Assembly: GCA_045803545.1 (NCBI GenBank)
Contig: JBJMOW010000004.1
Coordinates: 608,001 to 672,000, forward strand
Origin: Gemmatimonadaceae bacterium
Lineage (GTDB): Bacteria; Gemmatimonadota; Gemmatimonadetes; Gemmatimonadales; Gemmatimonadaceae
Reading direction: 5' to 3'
Length of the DNA: 64,000 bases
Each line of letters opens with the position of its first letter. Position 1 is the stretch's first letter. Shown here in pieces: positions 1 to 9,899 of the stretch. The notes beneath the pieces were generated by a model, which was given only the letters and a program-made list of their open reading frames with translations, did not search any database and was not told the origin of the DNA. The translations under genes were made by a program, and so were the position numbers.

Positions 1-228
1 CATCTCACTAGTGATCTCATAAGACTCAATAAAGAGCGTCGCATCCTCTAGGCCCGGTTCTGGCGCCGCGCCTTAGCTGCGAACGCCGTACCAGTCATCG
101 TGCGACGGAGATGCTGACCCGGCGACAGCGGTTTACTTATCATCGGGGATCTGTGTCGACGCCATCCATAACTAGAAACTAAGTTAAGCGGTATCCCGTA
201 GTGACCGTCTCTGGCTTTAGGAGATTCG

Positions 229-942
229 GTGGAGAAGGTCACGATCGCGACGTCGTCTGGTTTCCTCTGGCTCGGCCTCGTTTCGCATTTCGGCAGCGCG
301 CTGATCGCCCTCGTCGCGGGCACGATCGCTCTGCTCGTCGCCAAGGGCGGCAAGCTACACAAGAAAAGTGGAATGGTGTTCACAATCGCGATGGGTGCCG
401 CCGGTGCGCTCGCCGTTCCGATCGCTGCCTACGAAGGGAACATCGGCAGCGTCGTCGCCGGGATTCTGGTGATCTATTTCGTCTACACCGCGATGACTGC
501 CGTCAAGCCAATGCCAGGCAGCGGCGGCATTGTCGATGTCACGCTGATGACATTCGCGTTCGCCATCGCAGCAGTCAGCTACTGGTACGGACTCGTCGCG
601 TGGAGTAGACCGGGACACGCGCTCAACGGAGTTCCGGCAGCGATGCGGCTGTTCCTCGCGACCATCTGCCTGCTCGCGGCGATCGGTGACCTGAGAACGA
701 TTCGCGAAGGCGGCCTTCGCGGCCCGCGCCGCCTCGCTCGGCATCTATGGCGGATGTGTTTCGCGCTGTTCATCGCGACCGGCTCGTTCTTCATCGGCCA
801 GATGAAGTTCATTCCGGCGCCAGTCCGAATCATGCCGGTGCTGATTGTGCTGGGAGTGGGGCCGCTCTTCTTTCTACTCTATTGGATGTGGCGCGTGCGA
901 CTGCGTCGTCGGCTGGCAGGATTGATCATCGCGGCGCCGTAG
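229..942 (+). CDS. Membrane protein, DUF2306-like
   Basis: Multiple TM segments with conserved His motifs (KGGxLHKKSG, RHLWRM). Confidence 0.7.
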   Translation: MEKVTIATSSGFLWLGLVSHFGSALIALVAGTIALLVAKGGKLHKKSGMVFTIAMGAAGALAVPIAAYEGNIGSVVAGILVIYFVYTAMTAVKPMPGSGGIVDVTLMTFAFAIAAVSYWYGLVAWSRPGHALNGVPAAMRLFLATICLLAAIGDLRTIREGGLRGPRRLARHLWRMCFALFIATGSFFIGQMKFIPAPVRIMPVLIVLGVGPLFFLLYWMWRVRLRRRLAGLIIAAP

Positions 943-1033
943 ACCACGACGAGAGCTGACACCGCGAACGAGAACCGAAACTCGTTCAACGTGAGTGCGT
1001 CTGAAAGGTGAACGTCTCCGCAGAGAAATCGAC

Positions 1034-1891
1034 ATGCCAAGGTGGCTGAAGCTGTCGCAGCTGTATGAATTCATTGTGTTCGGGGTTTTCGGGTTTCTAC
1101 CGCTGCTGCTCGTGGCGTGGAAGAACGCGCGAGCGCTACCGGTCGGCCTGCTCGCCTTTCTTTCGCTGGTGACCGTCACGTTTGGCTTCGTCGTCTTCGT
1201 GATGAGCAAGCCCGGTAACCGTGCCATCCCCCTTCTTGCGGGCGTTGTCTTATTGGTGCTGACTGTTTTCGCTTTTCGAATCGCAGCGCACGACTTAGGC
1301 TCGAGAATCGGCTGGTCCGTCGTGAGTCTCGTGGCCTGGATGATGGCGATCAATTTCGGCGGAAACCTCATCGACAATATCAAGAGAGACGCAGGGTTCG
1401 CCAAATCCCGGGTCGAGCGCATCGCGGAGGAGGCGGAAATCGCGCGGAAACGCGCCGAGCTGGAAGCCGATCCAACGAAGCGACGCGCTGTGGTTGCGGC
1501 GCAATTGGCAAAGTATGTAGAGAGCTGGAAGCCTTTCCTGAATCATGCGCGCTACATCACGTGCGGAGATCCAGCAACCGATCCGGAGCAAGTCACGGTC
1601 TGGGCCATTCTCACCCTCACGGAGCATCAGCGTTTCGACGTCTTCAACCACGAGCTAAAGAAACTTTTTGCCGATTTGAACTACTCGCTCCGCAAGGAGG
1701 GGTACCCGTGGGCGGTCGCTGCGGGCGCAGTCGATGCGCGCGACGTCGCCGCTGCAGGAGGCGACGCGAGGTTTTTCGGCGCCGACGGTTCCAGTGTCAG
1801 TCCGCAATGGCCGGCCACAACGACGCAAGCCAAGCTTGCCGAGCCGCTCGTGCCTCCGCTGCAACCGCCCGAGCGGCGGACCAGTCTCTGA
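1034..1891 (+). CDS. Hypothetical membrane protein
   Basis: N-terminal 4 TM segments plus soluble C-terminus; ORF open from 995. Confidence 0.55.
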   Translation: MPRWLKLSQLYEFIVFGVFGFLPLLLVAWKNARALPVGLLAFLSLVTVTFGFVVFVMSKPGNRAIPLLAGVVLLVLTVFAFRIAAHDLGSRIGWSVVSLVAWMMAINFGGNLIDNIKRDAGFAKSRVERIAEEAEIARKRAELEADPTKRRAVVAAQLAKYVESWKPFLNHARYITCGDPATDPEQVTVWAILTLTEHQRFDVFNHELKKLFADLNYSLRKEGYPWAVAAGAVDARDVAAAGGDARFFGADGSSVSPQWPATTTQAKLAEPLVPPLQPPERRTSL

Positions 1892-1971
1892 CTATTCCGG
1901 CCGTTCCATCGTAACGGATGTAGGGTGGCGACTGCGCCGTCGGCTGACTGGGTCGCGACTGCAAATCCGCA

Positions 1972-2367
1972 CTAGACGGGAGCCTCCTCCCACTCGACTC
2001 GATCGCCGAGACTGATGATCCCGCCCGCAATTACTTGCGCGAACACACCGCCGCGCCACTCAGGCCGCATTGCCGCGCGAAGTCCTGGAATCGCTTCGTC
2101 CATGCGCTCACAAGGAGTCACCTCGCCACCAACCGCGAGTCGCGTATCACCAATGACCAAGGTTCGGCCGCGTGTGTGCGCGAGCCTGATCCCGCTGACA
2201 AGGATATTCGCTCGCCGCGAAGAAGGATCTCCTTCGACACCGAGCTCCTCCATGCATGCGTTCCACGACTCGGACTCGAGCAGCGTGACCTGTCGCCGCC
2301 GACTGCGATCAACGCTACCCGCAACGCCCTGGCCCTCGACCAGGGTCGCCTGAGCCACACTGTCCAT
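1972..2367 (-). CDS. MOSC domain protein (true start probably slightly upstream, near 2420)
   Basis: RQVTL, RRANILVSG, PCERM and GGVFAQV motifs; frame continues upstream as VEAIWLKRAHRGP. Confidence 0.8.
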   Translation of the reverse strand: MDSVAQATLVEGQGVAGSVDRSRRRQVTLLESESWNACMEELGVEGDPSSRRANILVSGIRLAHTRGRTLVIGDTRLAVGGEVTPCERMDEAIPGLRAAMRPEWRGGVFAQVIAGGIISLGDRVEWEEAPV

Positions 2368-2437
2368 CGGCCCGCGATGCGCGCGCTTGAGCCAGATTGC
2401 TTCTACTTTCCCAGGAATTGTCGACAGCCTCGGCTAG

Positions 2438-2473
2438 AAAATAAAAAAGCCCGCGCTCTTTGGAGCGCGGGCT
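2438..2473 (-). terminator. Intrinsic terminator-like hairpin
   Basis: AGCCCGCGCTC-TTTG-GAGCGCGGGCT stem preceded by an A-tract (U-tract on minus strand). Confidence 0.65.
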
Positions 2474-2504
2474 AATCTCGCCACTTCAGAATACTAATCA
2501 ACAG

Positions 2505-2523
2505 GGGACTTGTAGCAAGACCG
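2505..2523 (+). promoter_or_regulatory. RAE-like (rifamycin-associated element) inverted repeat
   Basis: GGGACTTGTAGCAAGACCG, CTTG-N3-CAAG core, 46 bp upstream of a Rox-like gene. Confidence 0.5.
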
Positions 2524-2569
2524 GGTGCTACCGTTATAGTCGGCGGCTCATTCCGAATCGAGTGCACTG

Positions 2570-4024
2570 ATGACCGAACATGAGGTAGTGATTGCCGGCG
2601 GGGGTCCGACAGGACTGATGCTGGCCGCCGAGCTGAAGCTGGCGGGAGTCGACGCCGCCATCGTCGAACGCCGAGTGAATCAAGAGCTCGCGGGCTCGCG
2701 CGCGGGCGGGCTCCACTCGCGCACGATCGAAGTCTTCGACATGCGGGGAATCGCCGAGCGCTTCCTCTCTCAGGGTCAAACGGCGCAGATCGTCGGCTTC
2801 GGCATGAATCGAATCGATATGAGTGACTTTCCGAGCCGGCACCCATATGGTCTCGCGCTCTTTCAAAACCGTATCGAGCGCATTCTCGCCGATTGGGTCG
2901 AAGAGCTCGGCGTTTTGATCTATCGCGGGCGCCATGTCACCGGCTTCACCCAGGACGACACCGGAGTTAACGTCGCCATCTCAGACGGCAACTCGTTGCG
3001 CGCGCACTATCTCGTCGGCTGCGACGGCGGTCGAAGTGTCGTGCGCAAGACAGCGGGCATCGACTTCACCGGATCGGACGCGACGACGAGCTGGATCATC
3101 GCCGAAGTGGAATGGAGGGAGGAGCCGGCGTGGGGATTCCAGGACAGTCCCACTGGCGGTCATGCGATCGGCAAAGGAGACGCTGGTCACGCCCGCATGG
3201 TGCTGAGCGATCGCGAAGTGCAATCCGGCGACCCGACATTGCGCGATCTCAGCGACGCGCTGATCGACGTCTACGGAACCGACTTCGGCGTACACAGCCC
3301 AATCTGGCTGTCACGATTCACCGATATGACTCGGCAGGCTGTCGCGTATCGTGATCGACGCGTTCTGCTCGCCGGTGATGCGGCGCACATTCATCCGCCG
3401 ATCGGCGGGCAGGGGCTCAACATTGGCGTGCAAGACGCGGTGAACCTGGGATGGAAGCTGGCGCAGGCGGTGAAACGGATATCGCCCGACACTCTTCTCG
3501 ATAGCTATCACGCCGAGCGTCACCCTGTTGCGGCGCGCGTGCTCAAGAGCACGATGGCGCAGACCACTCTACGTCGTTCGGATGATCGCGCCAAAGCGCT
3601 CAACGGATACGTCGCCGAGTTTCTCAGCATGGACGAACCGCGCAAGCGAATGGCAGCGGAGATGTCTGGACTCGGTGTTCACTACGATTTCGGCGATGGA
3701 CATCCTTTGCTCGGTCGACGGATGCCGGACCTCGATCTCATCACCGGCGGCGGATCGCGGCGCGTAGTCACACTGCTGCATGATGCGCGGCCAGTGGTGA
3801 TCAACTTCGCTGAGCCCGGCAGCGTCGACATTACTGGATGGTCGGATCGCGTTCAGTTGGTCGACGCCAGGTACGACGGTAAGTGGGAGCTCCCGGCAAT
3901 CGGACCTGTCGCTGCTCCGACAGCAGTATTGATTCGACCGGACGGGTATGTCGCCTGGGTTGGAGATCGCACCCAAGCTGGTCTTGTGGACGCGCTGTCG
4001 ACCTGGTTCGGAAAATCGCCCTGA
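2570..4024 (+). CDS. FAD-dependent monooxygenase, rifampin monooxygenase (Rox)-like
   Basis: GGGPTG, CDGGRS, GDAAHIHPPxGGQG, GTDFGVHSPxWLSRF and RPDGYVAW motifs. Confidence 0.85.
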   Translation: MTEHEVVIAGGGPTGLMLAAELKLAGVDAAIVERRVNQELAGSRAGGLHSRTIEVFDMRGIAERFLSQGQTAQIVGFGMNRIDMSDFPSRHPYGLALFQNRIERILADWVEELGVLIYRGRHVTGFTQDDTGVNVAISDGNSLRAHYLVGCDGGRSVVRKTAGIDFTGSDATTSWIIAEVEWREEPAWGFQDSPTGGHAIGKGDAGHARMVLSDREVQSGDPTLRDLSDALIDVYGTDFGVHSPIWLSRFTDMTRQAVAYRDRRVLLAGDAAHIHPPIGGQGLNIGVQDAVNLGWKLAQAVKRISPDTLLDSYHAERHPVAARVLKSTMAQTTLRRSDDRAKALNGYVAEFLSMDEPRKRMAAEMSGLGVHYDFGDGHPLLGRRMPDLDLITGGGSRRVVTLLHDARPVVINFAEPGSVDITGWSDRVQLVDARYDGKWELPAIGPVAAPTAVLIRPDGYVAWVGDRTQAGLVDALSTWFGKSP

Positions 4025-4026
4025 CC

Positions 4027-5517
4027 TTATTGAGTTCCAGCGCCCGCAAGTTTCGCAATCCATGCACGGATGCCCTGGTCATCATCCATCGCACCAGGCC
4101 AGGGAATGTCCGGCGCGAGACCGCCCAGCGAACTTCGCGGCTGCCTGATGATGGAGACAGGAATGCGATACCAGCCCAGACTCGACGGAAGATTGAATGG
4201 GCCGACCGATTCTCCGTAGACCTCGTTCTGCCCCGATGCTTCGCCCACCTGAATCGCTCCCATCCTCTTGAGCGTGTTCATCACCACGACGCACGAGCTG
4301 AAGCACCCGGCATCAGTCAACACGAACACTTTCCCTTTGTACGTCGGCGCGGGAACGACTGACGGGATTGGCTTCGGCCGACAGCATTCGTCCTGATACA
4401 GGCCATCTTCCTTCGCGGCGGCGATAGTGTCGCCCAGGTCACGCCAATACTTCGCGATATCCGCGAAGTCCGGTCCCTCGGTGGCGTACGCGTCGCCCGC
4501 TGCACGCATTTTCGCCGCGGCAGTCTTTGATTGCCGCCAATACTTGCCATAGTCCGCAGGATTCGAGGATTGTGAGGCGAGACGACGACCCTCGACGGCA
4601 TCGTTGCCCCAGAGGATTGATGCGAATCGAGCGCCCCAGGTGGAATTGCCGCCGCCATTCCCGCGCAGGTCGAACACCACATAAGACGCAGATCTCAGCA
4701 AATCCTGTTTGGCGAGAAGCTCAGACTCGGCTGCCTTGAGCGCCGTCTCGTCCTGAAAGTTGCCGAGCTGAATCCAGGCGTGATGATCGGGTGCGAAGGT
4801 GAAAGTGATGGGACGCCGCGAAGCTCCGCGTCTCAGGTAAGGTGCGAGCAGTGGCTGCATCGCCACGGTGGAAATGGTCTGCCATTCCAAGGGAACATCA
4901 ACGGCCTTTCCATACTGACGGAACTGACACTGCCTTGCCGGCGGCGGACCGCCCACACGGTAAGTAGTGAAAGCTCGAAACGCCTGCCGGATACGCTCCG
5001 GCTCCTTCGACCAGTCAACGGTTTTCTGATCGACGCGTTGCTCGAGAAATTTTGCCGCCGGCTGCCCATCACAACTGACAAGCTCGGCGCCGTCCGGAGG
5101 GTTGGTATTCGGCGCCGGACTATTTGGTGGACGCCGCACTACCCATCGACCGCCTTGCCCGTCGATCAGGAATCCCGGCCAGCGCAATTGAGTGGGGACT
5201 ACGGTGAAGGTGATGCCGGTGTGCCCGTCTCTGAAACTCGTGACGAGCGACTGCATGATCTCCATCCAGTCGAGAAACGAGGTTGCATTCCGGGATGACT
5301 CGGCGGCTACCGCGCACGCTCGATCGACCTGCTTTGCAAACGTCGGCGACAGGGGATCGACCATTCCCGGGTGCACGCCTCGAATGTCAGCGCAGTAAGC
5401 CGCGACATCGTTTGCAGCGAGGGCCGCCCACGGCGATGACGTACTGTCCGGAGTCGAAGCGGCGGCGCTAACCGCGAAAAGAAGTAAAGCGGGGAAACTG
5501 TGGGCGATCATAATCAT
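4027..5517 (-). CDS. S41-family peptidase, secreted
   Basis: Signal peptide, DGHT, DLRGNGGG and CFSS motifs. Confidence 0.8.
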   Translation of the reverse strand: MIMIAHSFPALLLFAVSAAASTPDSTSSPWAALAANDVAAYCADIRGVHPGMVDPLSPTFAKQVDRACAVAAESSRNATSFLDWMEIMQSLVTSFRDGHTGITFTVVPTQLRWPGFLIDGQGGRWVVRRPPNSPAPNTNPPDGAELVSCDGQPAAKFLEQRVDQKTVDWSKEPERIRQAFRAFTTYRVGGPPPARQCQFRQYGKAVDVPLEWQTISTVAMQPLLAPYLRRGASRRPITFTFAPDHHAWIQLGNFQDETALKAAESELLAKQDLLRSASYVVFDLRGNGGGNSTWGARFASILWGNDAVEGRRLASQSSNPADYGKYWRQSKTAAAKMRAAGDAYATEGPDFADIAKYWRDLGDTIAAAKEDGLYQDECCRPKPIPSVVPAPTYKGKVFVLTDAGCFSSCVVVMNTLKRMGAIQVGEASGQNEVYGESVGPFNLPSSLGWYRIPVSIIRQPRSSLGGLAPDIPWPGAMDDDQGIRAWIAKLAGAGTQ

Positions 5518-5534
5518 CCTCCGTTGTGCTAGTA

Positions 5535-5552
5535 TTCTAGCATATGCTAGAA
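5535..5552. promoter_or_regulatory. Perfect 18-bp palindrome, putative operator
   Basis: TTCTAGCATATGCTAGAA just upstream of the S41 peptidase start. Confidence 0.5.
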
Positions 5553-5605
5553 ATATAGCAACAGGCAGAGGAACTGAAACCGTGCCTAACGAGGTCCCCG
5601 TTGCG

Positions 5606-6280
5606 CTAGTCGCCTGATAGGCCGGAAGTGATCGGAGTGGGTCTGAATCCGAAGAATGTCAGGTAGACACCCAGCGAAAATTCCCAGACGGCGATCGGCA
5701 GCGTCGCGACCGCTGCGGCAGGGCTTATCGCCTTGATCATCCCGGTCAGAACGCCAAACCACGCCACGACCAGCAGTACTGCTCCAATCAATCCCAGTGT
5801 CGGAAGCCACCGCGGTACCAGTCGCGACTGATACAATAGAGATCCCAGCAACACACCGTTCACTGCAGGAATAAAGCTTTGGGCAAAAAAGAACGTGTAC
5901 TGGTATTGAGCGGCGAGGCCCTGGGCAGCGCCAAGGGCGCTCGCTCCCGCGCCGGACTGATGCAACGACACGATCGACATCAGGCTGACGATGCCAACGT
6001 ACATCGTCGCTGCCTCGAGGGTGCGTGACGCGACGAAACCCATCGCACGCGCCTGGCCTACTCGCTTGACGACGGGGTACAAAGCGACAGCGGTTCCGAT
6101 ATTTGCGAGTGCCACAATCATCTCCAGCAACACACCGATAATCACCGGCGTGTCCGGAGCCGAGCTCGTGAGGAAGTTCGGACCTCGCACTGATTTGTAG
6201 AGTGCGAGTGTCGGGATCGATACGAAGGTGAGCAGGTAAAAGATCCCGCCGGCCAATGAGTATTTGCGCAACGAATTCAT
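5606..6280 (-). CDS. DUF4386 family membrane protein
   Basis: 6-TM pattern, TAVALYP, LVPRW, WEFSLG. Confidence 0.75.
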   Translation of the reverse strand: MNSLRKYSLAGGIFYLLTFVSIPTLALYKSVRGPNFLTSSAPDTPVIIGVLLEMIVALANIGTAVALYPVVKRVGQARAMGFVASRTLEAATMYVGIVSLMSIVSLHQSGAGASALGAAQGLAAQYQYTFFFAQSFIPAVNGVLLGSLLYQSRLVPRWLPTLGLIGAVLLVVAWFGVLTGMIKAISPAAAVATLPIAVWEFSLGVYLTFFGFRPTPITSGLSGD

Positions 6281-6304
6281 ATCAAATCCCTTTGTGCATC
6301 ACGG

Positions 6305-6772
6305 TTATCCAGAGTGCGGTGATGGAGGGCGGAGAAATTCTATAGCAGGCTGGCCTGTGACGCGCTTCGCCGTTGCGCCCGACACCTGTACGTACTTTGC
6401 GTCGGCGATGTGCAGACCGTTCGCGTCGATCGACCACCGTCGAGGCTGGGCCACCTTGATGTGCGTAGACGATGCGCCATTCAGCGTCACGACATGGAAA
6501 TGCAGTCCGGCGCCCAAAGCCCACACTCGCTTGATGATTACATCGGCATCGCCGAAATCTTTCGGAGCGTTGCCCCAAATGCGCACGGTCGTGGCTTGAC
6601 CTTTTAACCGTTCGCATTGGGTAGCAATCTGGCTCGAACCAGCGGCGGACGTCGCAGCGAGGAGCAGCGACAAAATTGCGACCAGACCCGGCGCAAGATT
6701 CCTGAGTTCAATCGCAAGCCAGGCCGCGCCGACACCGACTAGCACGAGCAAAATATTAATTACTCGAGTCAC
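6305..6772 (-). CDS. Hypothetical membrane-anchored protein
   Basis: 155-aa ORF with 2 N-terminal TM segments, same strand as neighbours. Confidence 0.5.
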   Translation of the reverse strand: MTRVINILLVLVGVGAAWLAIELRNLAPGLVAILSLLLAATSAAGSSQIATQCERLKGQATTVRIWGNAPKDFGDADVIIKRVWALGAGLHFHVVTLNGASSTHIKVAQPRRWSIDANGLHIADAKYVQVSGATAKRVTGQPAIEFLRPPSPHSG

Positions 6773-6845
6773 ATGATTCGGTGCATTCTATTGGTAGCGC
6801 GTGAGCAACGAATCGACCTCGCGGCTGCCGCTCGGATACTTAACG

Positions 6846-7316
6846 TCAGGCGCCATCGGCAGACTGCCAGCCTCCACCCGGTGCAGGGAGCCAGCGCCGG
6901 ACGGCACCGTCCATCCACTCGCCCATCGGCTCGCCGTCCAGAAGATCTGCACCGAATCGCAGCACGTGTCCGTCGGGGTCACTGATCTGGCATTCGCGCG
7001 AGCCCCACGGATAGTTCGCTGGTGCATGGCGGAGATGAGCACCGCGAACTTCAAACTCGGCGTAGAGCGCATCGACATCGCTGGCGCTGATCCACAGCCA
7101 CGTACCCGCATGGCCCTGGTCGCCGGCGCAAAGCAGGACGGCTGTTCGGTCTCGCCGCACGGACGCCATCCCTTCGCTCCGCCATTCGAGCGAGAAACCC
7201 AGTTGCCGCAGATAGTATTCGATGCTGGCGTCAAAGTTTGTCACTCGGAGAATCGGGATTGCTCCCCCGGTTGTCGCGCGCGGTGTTGCGAGCTCTGTGT
7301 CGGTCGTCTCGATCAT
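6846..7316 (-). CDS. Glyoxalase/bleomycin-resistance (VOC) family protein
   Basis: PILRV, YxxxLGF, PWGSRE and DPDGHVLRF motifs. Confidence 0.8.
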   Translation of the reverse strand: MIETTDTELATPRATTGGAIPILRVTNFDASIEYYLRQLGFSLEWRSEGMASVRRDRTAVLLCAGDQGHAGTWLWISASDVDALYAEFEVRGAHLRHAPANYPWGSRECQISDPDGHVLRFGADLLDGEPMGEWMDGAVRRWLPAPGGGWQSADGA

Positions 7317-7335
7317 TTGGCACCTCTTTGTCGCG

Positions 7336-7356
7336 GTCTAACGCCTTCGGTCAGCT
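7336..7356 (-). repeat. attC remnant (R' half)
   Basis: GTCTAACGCCTTCGGTCAGCT resembles the left arm of the array attCs; 20 bp upstream of a gene start. Confidence 0.45.
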
Positions 7357-7418
7357 CCGTGATTCTACCATATGATACCGATCCAACGAACTGATCGCTC
7401 CGCCTGCTGGAACTTTCG

Positions 7419-8225
7419 TCAAGCGGACGCGGAATACCGCCTGCTCTCGTGCATGATGGCCTTCACGAGCTGTAGCGTCATCTCGAAGTCAGCGGCGTCG
7501 GGCGGCTCGCGAACTGCGACGGCCGGGTCCGGACGTGAATTCCACGCCCGTTCAATGAGCGCGGACCACTTCGGATCGAGAGCCGTCTTTGCCCACGTCG
7601 CGCCCGCGAGCTTCGAACCCGGGTATCCCTCGACGAGGTCATGCAGCATGCGGCAGTAGTTCAAAACGATGAAGCCCTGATAGAAGCGATTCCGATACTG
7701 ATCCGGCTCAGCAAGTAGCTGCTCGCCCCACGTTCGAATTGTCTCGCCCATCTCCTTACGGAGCGCGTCGACGGATATTGGATCGACGAGTGTTGTCGGA
7801 TCTGGTCCCGCGAGCTGAACACCGCGCTCGCGGACCACCCACCGCACGACGAGTGTGTTGCAGTGGTCGGACTTCACCAGTGACCGGCTGCCGTGGTCCA
7901 GATACCAAAGCGGTTTGGCGCGCTGGCGGTAGTCCCGAAGGATCGCCGCGGGGAAGTACGAACCCTCCAGGTGCTTCGCCCACTCGGGGCCGAGGGCGTA
8001 GATGCGTTCGTGCAGCGCCTGGAGCGCGACGACCTTGTGGTCCGATAGCTCATCGCTCATGGCGATGACGAAGTCGACATCGCTGTCGCGATCAAAATCG
8101 CCGACCGCGAACGAGCCTTGGAGGTAGGCACCCACGAACGCGTCGCCCAGGGCGGCTTGAACGCCTGTCACCAGTTCGCGGAGGACGGCATTCAGTTCGG
8201 GATACGGTGTTGCCACAGCTGTCAT
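7419..8225 (-). CDS. Nucleotidyltransferase, aminoglycoside adenylyltransferase (DUF4111)-like
   Basis: YLQGS..GDF..SDVDF, VLNYCR and SKxxGA motifs. Confidence 0.75.
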   Translation of the reverse strand: MTAVATPYPELNAVLRELVTGVQAALGDAFVGAYLQGSFAVGDFDRDSDVDFVIAMSDELSDHKVVALQALHERIYALGPEWAKHLEGSYFPAAILRDYRQRAKPLWYLDHGSRSLVKSDHCNTLVVRWVVRERGVQLAGPDPTTLVDPISVDALRKEMGETIRTWGEQLLAEPDQYRNRFYQGFIVLNYCRMLHDLVEGYPGSKLAGATWAKTALDPKWSALIERAWNSRPDPAVAVREPPDAADFEMTLQLVKAIMHESRRYSASA

Positions 8226-8932
8226 TTTGCTTCATTGAGCAGTTCTTCGACCCATGCGCCCGATACGCTGGCGGCAACAGTCCGTCCACGAGAACCTCGA
8301 TCCGTTGCGCGCGCGCCGTGCGCAATGAGCAGTCGGATAATCTCCGCCTGCTGTTGGCGCGCTTCGGCGCTCCCGCTGCCACCGCGACCAGTCGTCTGAA
8401 CGGCGAGATGCAACGGCGTCGATCCGCGGCCGTTGGTTTGAAGCGCGTTCGCACCGTGCTCGAGGAGAATGCGCGCGGCCGCAGCGCAGCGTGTGCGAAC
8501 GGCGCGATGCAGAGGCGTGACACCGTCACCATCGACGGCATTCGGATTCGCTCCGGCTTGCAGCAAGCACTGAACGGTCGCCGCCTGAGCAACCGGATCC
8601 CAGCGCGTTGATCCCGGACTCCCGTCGCACGCGTAGTAAAGTGGTTCGGCGCGGCGGCGATTCTTCGCACCCACGGAAGCTCCACGCCCAACGAGATCAC
8701 GCACCATTCCCGCTTGATACGCTGCGGCGCCAATATGAAGCGCGGAATCGCCCGTGTAGACGTAGTGCGCGATTCTCTTCAGGAAGAACGGCGCGGCTGC
8801 GGACCGACTCGCGCCGGTTGCAACTTGTTCTGAAGCCAGGCGAGGAGATGCGTCGAGTAGATGCGAGACGCGCTCAACATCACCATCCGCGATGGCGCGA
8901 AAGAGCGCGGGGAATGAGGCCTCAAACGCCAT
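8222..8932 (-). CDS. Ankyrin repeat protein
   Basis: GDSALH, GVTPLH and GSTPLH repeats. Confidence 0.85.
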   Translation of the reverse strand: MAFEASFPALFRAIADGDVERVSHLLDASPRLASEQVATGASRSAAAPFFLKRIAHYVYTGDSALHIGAAAYQAGMVRDLVGRGASVGAKNRRRAEPLYYACDGSPGSTRWDPVAQAATVQCLLQAGANPNAVDGDGVTPLHRAVRTRCAAAARILLEHGANALQTNGRGSTPLHLAVQTTGRGGSGSAEARQQQAEIIRLLIAHGARATDRGSRGRTVAASVSGAWVEELLNEAK

Positions 8933-8948
8933 CTTTCTAAGCGCTGAG

Positions 8949-9320
8949 CTATACGATGGGGCTCACGACTGAACGGCCGTAGGCGATGAATACCATGACG
9001 ATGCCGAGCACGGCACTCATGATAATGGGCGTCATCTCGCGGTATTTGACGTGGACGCCGATGAACACGACGCTCTCGATCGCCAGGATCGTAGCAGCGA
9101 GTACGGTCAGCGACGGATGCCAGTGAAGCGCATCGGGGATAATGAGGCCGATCGCGCAGATCAGCTCGAGGACGCCGAGTGCCGTCCACGCATTGCGCGG
9201 CAACGCACCGAAGGAGGGAACGTCCACGCTCACCTTGTCTAACATGAAGACCTTCATCACGCCCGAGGATAAATACAGGAGCGCGCCGAGGATCTGCAGG
9301 ACCCACAACACCATATTCAT
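8949..9320 (-). CDS. DoxX family membrane protein
   Basis: LWVLQILxA...GxMK and GVLEL motifs. Confidence 0.8.
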   Translation of the reverse strand: MNMVLWVLQILGALLYLSSGVMKVFMLDKVSVDVPSFGALPRNAWTALGVLELICAIGLIIPDALHWHPSLTVLAATILAIESVVFIGVHVKYREMTPIIMSAVLGIVMVFIAYGRSVVSPIV

Positions 9321-9357
9321 CGAGTGCCTCCTCCCGCGCGATTCTCTTGCAGCGCGC

Positions 9358-9876
9358 TCAGTAACAGTTGCTCGGACGGTACCAATCCTTTTTCTGAGTC
9401 ACGTTAAGCGGGATTGATAAGTGCGACTGCGAGGAAATATCGGTATCGAGTTCGATCGCGGCGAGTCCGCCCGCAACGATCTCGAATAGACCGTTGAGAT
9501 TGGGCGATGCGTCTGCGGGGTGCTGAACGAAACCGCCGCTCGATATCAGTGGCGAGATCGGATCATCGAGTGGGAGGTCGAGCAGCGATACTCCTGGGTG
9601 GTCAGATCGGACAAGTCTTGCCGCCAGGACGTGACCCTTGAGCGACGGGCCGGCGATGGTGCGATTAAAGTCCTTCCATTCAAGCGAGCCTTTATTTGCG
9701 CCGACGGTTATGTCCGCGCGCACCAATTGTGAGCCATTCTCGATGATTGCGCCGTTGGCCGTCACGTATCTCGTTTCATAAGTGCAGCTGAGTAGGCGGC
9801 AACCGGAAAGAGATGACGCGATCCCCAGCGTGAACGCCAATCGCAGGATTCGTTGATGTGCTATCGTCACTGGCAT
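9358..9876 (-). CDS. Hypothetical lipoprotein
   Basis: Lipobox LSGC after a hydrophobic N-terminus. Confidence 0.55.
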   Translation of the reverse strand: MPVTIAHQRILRLAFTLGIASSLSGCRLLSCTYETRYVTANGAIIENGSQLVRADITVGANKGSLEWKDFNRTIAGPSLKGHVLAARLVRSDHPGVSLLDLPLDDPISPLISSGGFVQHPADASPNLNGLFEIVAGGLAAIELDTDISSQSHLSIPLNVTQKKDWYRPSNCY

Positions 9877-9899
9877 CTCCTACACGTCGGCGACCGTCG

